Assembly (NCBI GenBank): GCA_018901625.1
Contig: JAHIEM010000099.1
Coordinates: 1-6,647, forward strand
Length of the DNA: 6,647 nt
Reading direction: 5' to 3'
Origin: Nanobdellota archaeon
Lineage (GTDB): Archaea; Nanobdellota; Nanobdellia; Pacearchaeales; GW2011-AR1
Positions 4,769 through 6,647 of this stretch are shown one piece after another. How positions within the stretch are numbered: the first letter of the stretch is position 1; every line of letters starts with the position of its first letter. The notes under the pieces were generated by a model that was not told the origin of the DNA, ran no database searches, and saw nothing but the letters and a program-made list of their open reading frames with translations. Made by a program: the position numbers and the translations under genes.

Positions 4769-6034
4769 ATGGAAGCAAAACCCGGGGATAGAGTCAGCAT
4801 CAGAACAGTTCACGAGACTTTAGAGGGAACTCTAGTTGAGAGCTATGAGGCGGGAATTGTTTTATTGAAATTAAGAAATGGGTATAATTTTGGAATTAAG
4901 AAAGAAGACATAGTTTCTATTGATTTAATTGGCAAGAAAAAAGAAGGCAAGAAAAAAGAAGCTAGGAAAGTTAATTCAAAACTTCCAAATGTTGATGTGA
5001 TAATCACTGGGGGAACTATTTCATCAAGAGTTGATTATCAGACCGGGGGTGTTAAGTGGCTTACTAATCCTGAAGAGTTATTTGAACTATATCCTGAGAT
5101 TTTTGAGATTTGCAATGTAAGGAAAGTTGAGATTCCGTTTATGAAAGCGAGTGAGAATATGGATTATAAAGATTGGCAGGAGATTGCCAAGATTTGCGAG
5201 AAGAGCCTGAATGATGGTGACTGCGAGGGAGTTATAATTACTCACGGAACTGATTTCTTGCATTATACTGCTGCTGCTCTTAGTTTCTTTTTAAAAGATT
5301 TAAACAAGCCTGTTGTTCTAACTTACTCACAGAGAAGTTCAGACAGGGCTAGTTCAGATGCTGCTCTAAACCTGCAGTGCGCTGCGAGAGTTGCTTGTTC
5401 AGATATTGCAGAGGTTGTTTTAGTTGGGCACGCATCTAGTAATGATGATTTCTGTTATGCTTTGCGGGGGAGCAAGGTTAGAAAACTGCATTCTTCAAGA
5501 AGAGATGCATTCAAGCCAGTGAATACCATGGCTATTGCCAGAGTTTTTCCTGATAGGATTGAAACAATTACCGGGCATAGAACTAGAGATGATAACAAGA
5601 AGGTTAAATTAGACGATGGCTTTAATGATAAAATTGCTCTGATTAAGTTTTATCCTGGTATGGACCCTGAGATATTTGATTTTTTATCAACAAGATACCA
5701 TGGTGTTGTGATTGAGGTTTCTGGATTGGGGCATCTGGCTATTGATGAGGCTAGGAAAAATTTACTGCCTGCTATTAAACGAGCTATTGATAATGGGCTG
5801 ATTGTTTGCGCAGCCTGCCAAACTGTTTATGGAAGACTTGATCCATTAGTCTATTCACCTGGCAGAAAGCTAATGAATTATGGCATAATCTTTCTTGGGG
5901 ATATGCTTGCTGAGACTGCTTATGTTAAATTGGGGTTTGTTTTAGGGCATCGCCAGTGGAAGACGAAGGAACAAATAAGAGAGAAGATGCTTGAGAATAT
6001 TTCTGGAGAGTTTAATAATAGGCTAGAAGGGTGA
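4769..6034 (+). CDS. gatD: Glutamyl-tRNA(Gln) amidotransferase subunit D (archaeal GatD)
   Basis: The ORF encodes 421 aa from MEAKPGDRVSIRT. It has a small N-terminal beta domain, then a Lys-rich linker, then an asparaginase-like domain. That domain carries the nucleophile motif VIITGGTISSRVDYQTGGV and a second motif VIITHGTDFL. The domain order and length are typical of GatD. The 15 residues added by the TTG at 4724 (MIFRYLFISSLFVFF) overlap the TATA box and are probably not translated. Confidence 0.92.
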   Translation: MEAKPGDRVSIRTVHETLEGTLVESYEAGIVLLKLRNGYNFGIKKEDIVSIDLIGKKKEGKKKEARKVNSKLPNVDVIITGGTISSRVDYQTGGVKWLTNPEELFELYPEIFEICNVRKVEIPFMKASENMDYKDWQEIAKICEKSLNDGDCEGVIITHGTDFLHYTAAALSFFLKDLNKPVVLTYSQRSSDRASSDAALNLQCAARVACSDIAEVVLVGHASSNDDFCYALRGSKVRKLHSSRRDAFKPVNTMAIARVFPDRIETITGHRTRDDNKKVKLDDGFNDKIALIKFYPGMDPEIFDFLSTRYHGVVIEVSGLGHLAIDEARKNLLPAIKRAIDNGLIVCAACQTVYGRLDPLVYSPGRKLMNYGIIFLGDMLAETAYVKLGFVLGHRQWKTKEQIREKMLENISGEFNNRLEG

Positions 6035-6217
6035 CTAAGAGATAGAGAACCTATTAACTGCTATCTGTTGGAGAAAAATTATCTGCTCATAAATATCAGG
6101 GGCGATTGTTTGACAATTAATTAAGGGGGGGTTATTCTTTTGGTTTTAAGCATAGTCGCTAAGAAGTCCATATCCTAAATCGCAATTAGGTTATGGATGA
6201 ATTGGAAAATAGAAAGG

Positions 6218-6225
6218 TATATAAA
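6218..6225 (+). promoter_or_regulatory. Archaeal TATA box for the small RHH-like ORF and tnpB
   Basis: The sequence is tatataaa and ends 21 nt before the ATG at 6247, the same geometry as the other promoters. It lies inside the alternative longer ORF from the ATG at 6193, which argues against that start. Confidence 0.45.
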
Positions 6226-6246
6226 GGCATTGTGTGTCTATTGTGT

Positions 6247-6366
6247 ATGAAACAAAGAACGAATATACAAATAGAACATAAAACTTTAGAAAAACTAAAA
6301 AAGTTAAGAATCACGAAAAGAGAAACTTATGACGAAATAATAAATCGTTTGATGAAACAAAAATGA
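6247..6366 (+). CDS. 39-aa ribbon-helix-helix-like (CopG / antitoxin-like) small protein
   Basis: This ORF is not in the track because it is too short. The sequence is MKQRTNIQIEHKTLEKLKKLRITKRETYDEIINRLMKQK. It reads as a short beta-strand (TNIQIE), helix 1 (HKTLEKLKKL) and helix 2 (ETYDEIINRLM), which matches an RHH layout. Its TGA stop (6364-6366) overlaps the tnpB ATG (6363-6365) as ATGA. Confidence 0.5.
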   Translation: MKQRTNIQIEHKTLEKLKKLRITKRETYDEIINRLMKQK

Positions 6367-6647
6367 CAACAACTTATAAATTCAGATTATACCCAAAAAA
6401 AGAACAACTAGACAAGTTAGACTTGTCTCTGGAAATTTGCAGACAGACTTATAATAATCTTCTCGCAGGACTTGATGAAAGATATACAAAAAATGAACTG
6501 CAAAACTATTTGCTCGATTTGAAAGTTGTAAATCCTGAAATGAATAATGTTTATTCTAAAGTCTTGCAGATGGAAAATCAAAGACTATTCTCAAACCTAT
6601 CATCACTTTCACAAAGAAAAAAACAAGGAAATAAAGTTGGAAGATTA
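6363..6647 (+). CDS. tnpB: IS200/IS605-family TnpB (OrfB) RNA-guided endonuclease; N-terminal 95 codons, truncated by the right edge of the window
   Basis: My translation is MTTTYKFRLYPKKEQLDKLDLSLEICRQTYNNLLAGLDERYTKNELQNYLLDLKVVNPEMNNVYSKVLQMENQRLFSNLSSLSQRKKQGNKVGRL, and the frame is open to the window end. 'YKFRLYPxxxQ....L......R..YN' is the hallmark N-terminus of OrfB/TnpB (HTH_OrfB_IS605 region). The later stretch 'S...Q........S......' is typical of the start of the WED/REC part. Confidence 0.85.
   Translation, partial: MTTTYKFRLYPKKEQLDKLDLSLEICRQTYNNLLAGLDERYTKNELQNYLLDLKVVNPEMNNVYSKVLQMENQRLFSNLSSLSQRKKQGNKVGRL

Larger units (their letters stand above)
6218..6647 (+). mobile_element. 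Partial IS200/IS605-family (IS1341-like, tnpB-only) element; the left end is unresolved somewhere within 6035-6246
   Basis: TnpB is preceded by a small coupled ORF instead of a Y1 TnpA. No TnpA-like ORF lies between gatD and tnpB. The element boundary cannot be set without the right end or a second copy. Confidence 0.55.

Noticed and set aside
6040-6066. Hairpin agatag-N15-ctatct after the gatD stop, considered as a terminator or IS left-end hairpin
   Set aside because: The stem is only 6 bp with a 15-nt loop in AT-rich sequence, which is not distinguishable from chance. It is noted only as context for the unresolved IS boundary.
6193-6246. Longer version of the small RHH-like ORF starting at the ATG at 6193 (MDELENRKVYKGIVCLLC...)
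   Set aside because: The TATA box at 6218-6225 lies inside this extension and is spaced 21 nt from the ATG at 6247, as at the other promoters. The longer form cannot be excluded without TSS data.
1-6647. CRISPR arrays, rRNA genes and tRNA genes
   Set aside because: I found no regularly spaced direct repeats of CRISPR size, no rRNA-like conserved stretches and no cloverleaf-compatible segment while reading both strands.

Overview
This is an AT-rich stretch that looks archaeal. It carries GatD, which is specific to archaea. Five transcription units have a TATA box 20-21 nt upstream of the ATG, which implies leaderless mRNAs. Internal operon genes have GGAGG-like Shine-Dalgarno sites, and oligo-T tracts follow the operons. 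I read the layout as follows. (1) A partial AbrB/SpoVT-domain regulator lies on the minus strand (1-382) and is missing from the ORF track. (2) Diverging from it is a tightly packed four-gene operon (492-2938): a secreted SH3b-like protein, a stand-alone CheY-like receiver, a radical-SAM-like enzyme with an atypical CX2CX2C motif, and a 185-aa bipartite protein. That last protein has a disordered Gly/Ser/Asp-rich N-terminal half and a helical C-terminal domain opening with CCYVTTAC. (3) A two-gene operon encodes a membrane-anchored ArsR-type wHTH protein and a membrane-anchored SIMPL/DUF541 protein (3032-4355). (4) A roughly 410-bp intergenic region contains nested perfect 8-10 bp palindromes and a 12/13 inverted repeat flanking a very AT-rich tract. 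(5) gatD (4769-6034). (6) The start of an IS200/IS605-family element follows: a 39-aa RHH-like ORF translationally coupled by an ATGA overlap to the N-terminus of TnpB, which is truncated at the right edge. The best candidate for an undescribed system is the four-gene operon at 492-2938. I cannot match it to any named RiPP, defence or two-component system, and all functional calls rest on motif reading without database searches.
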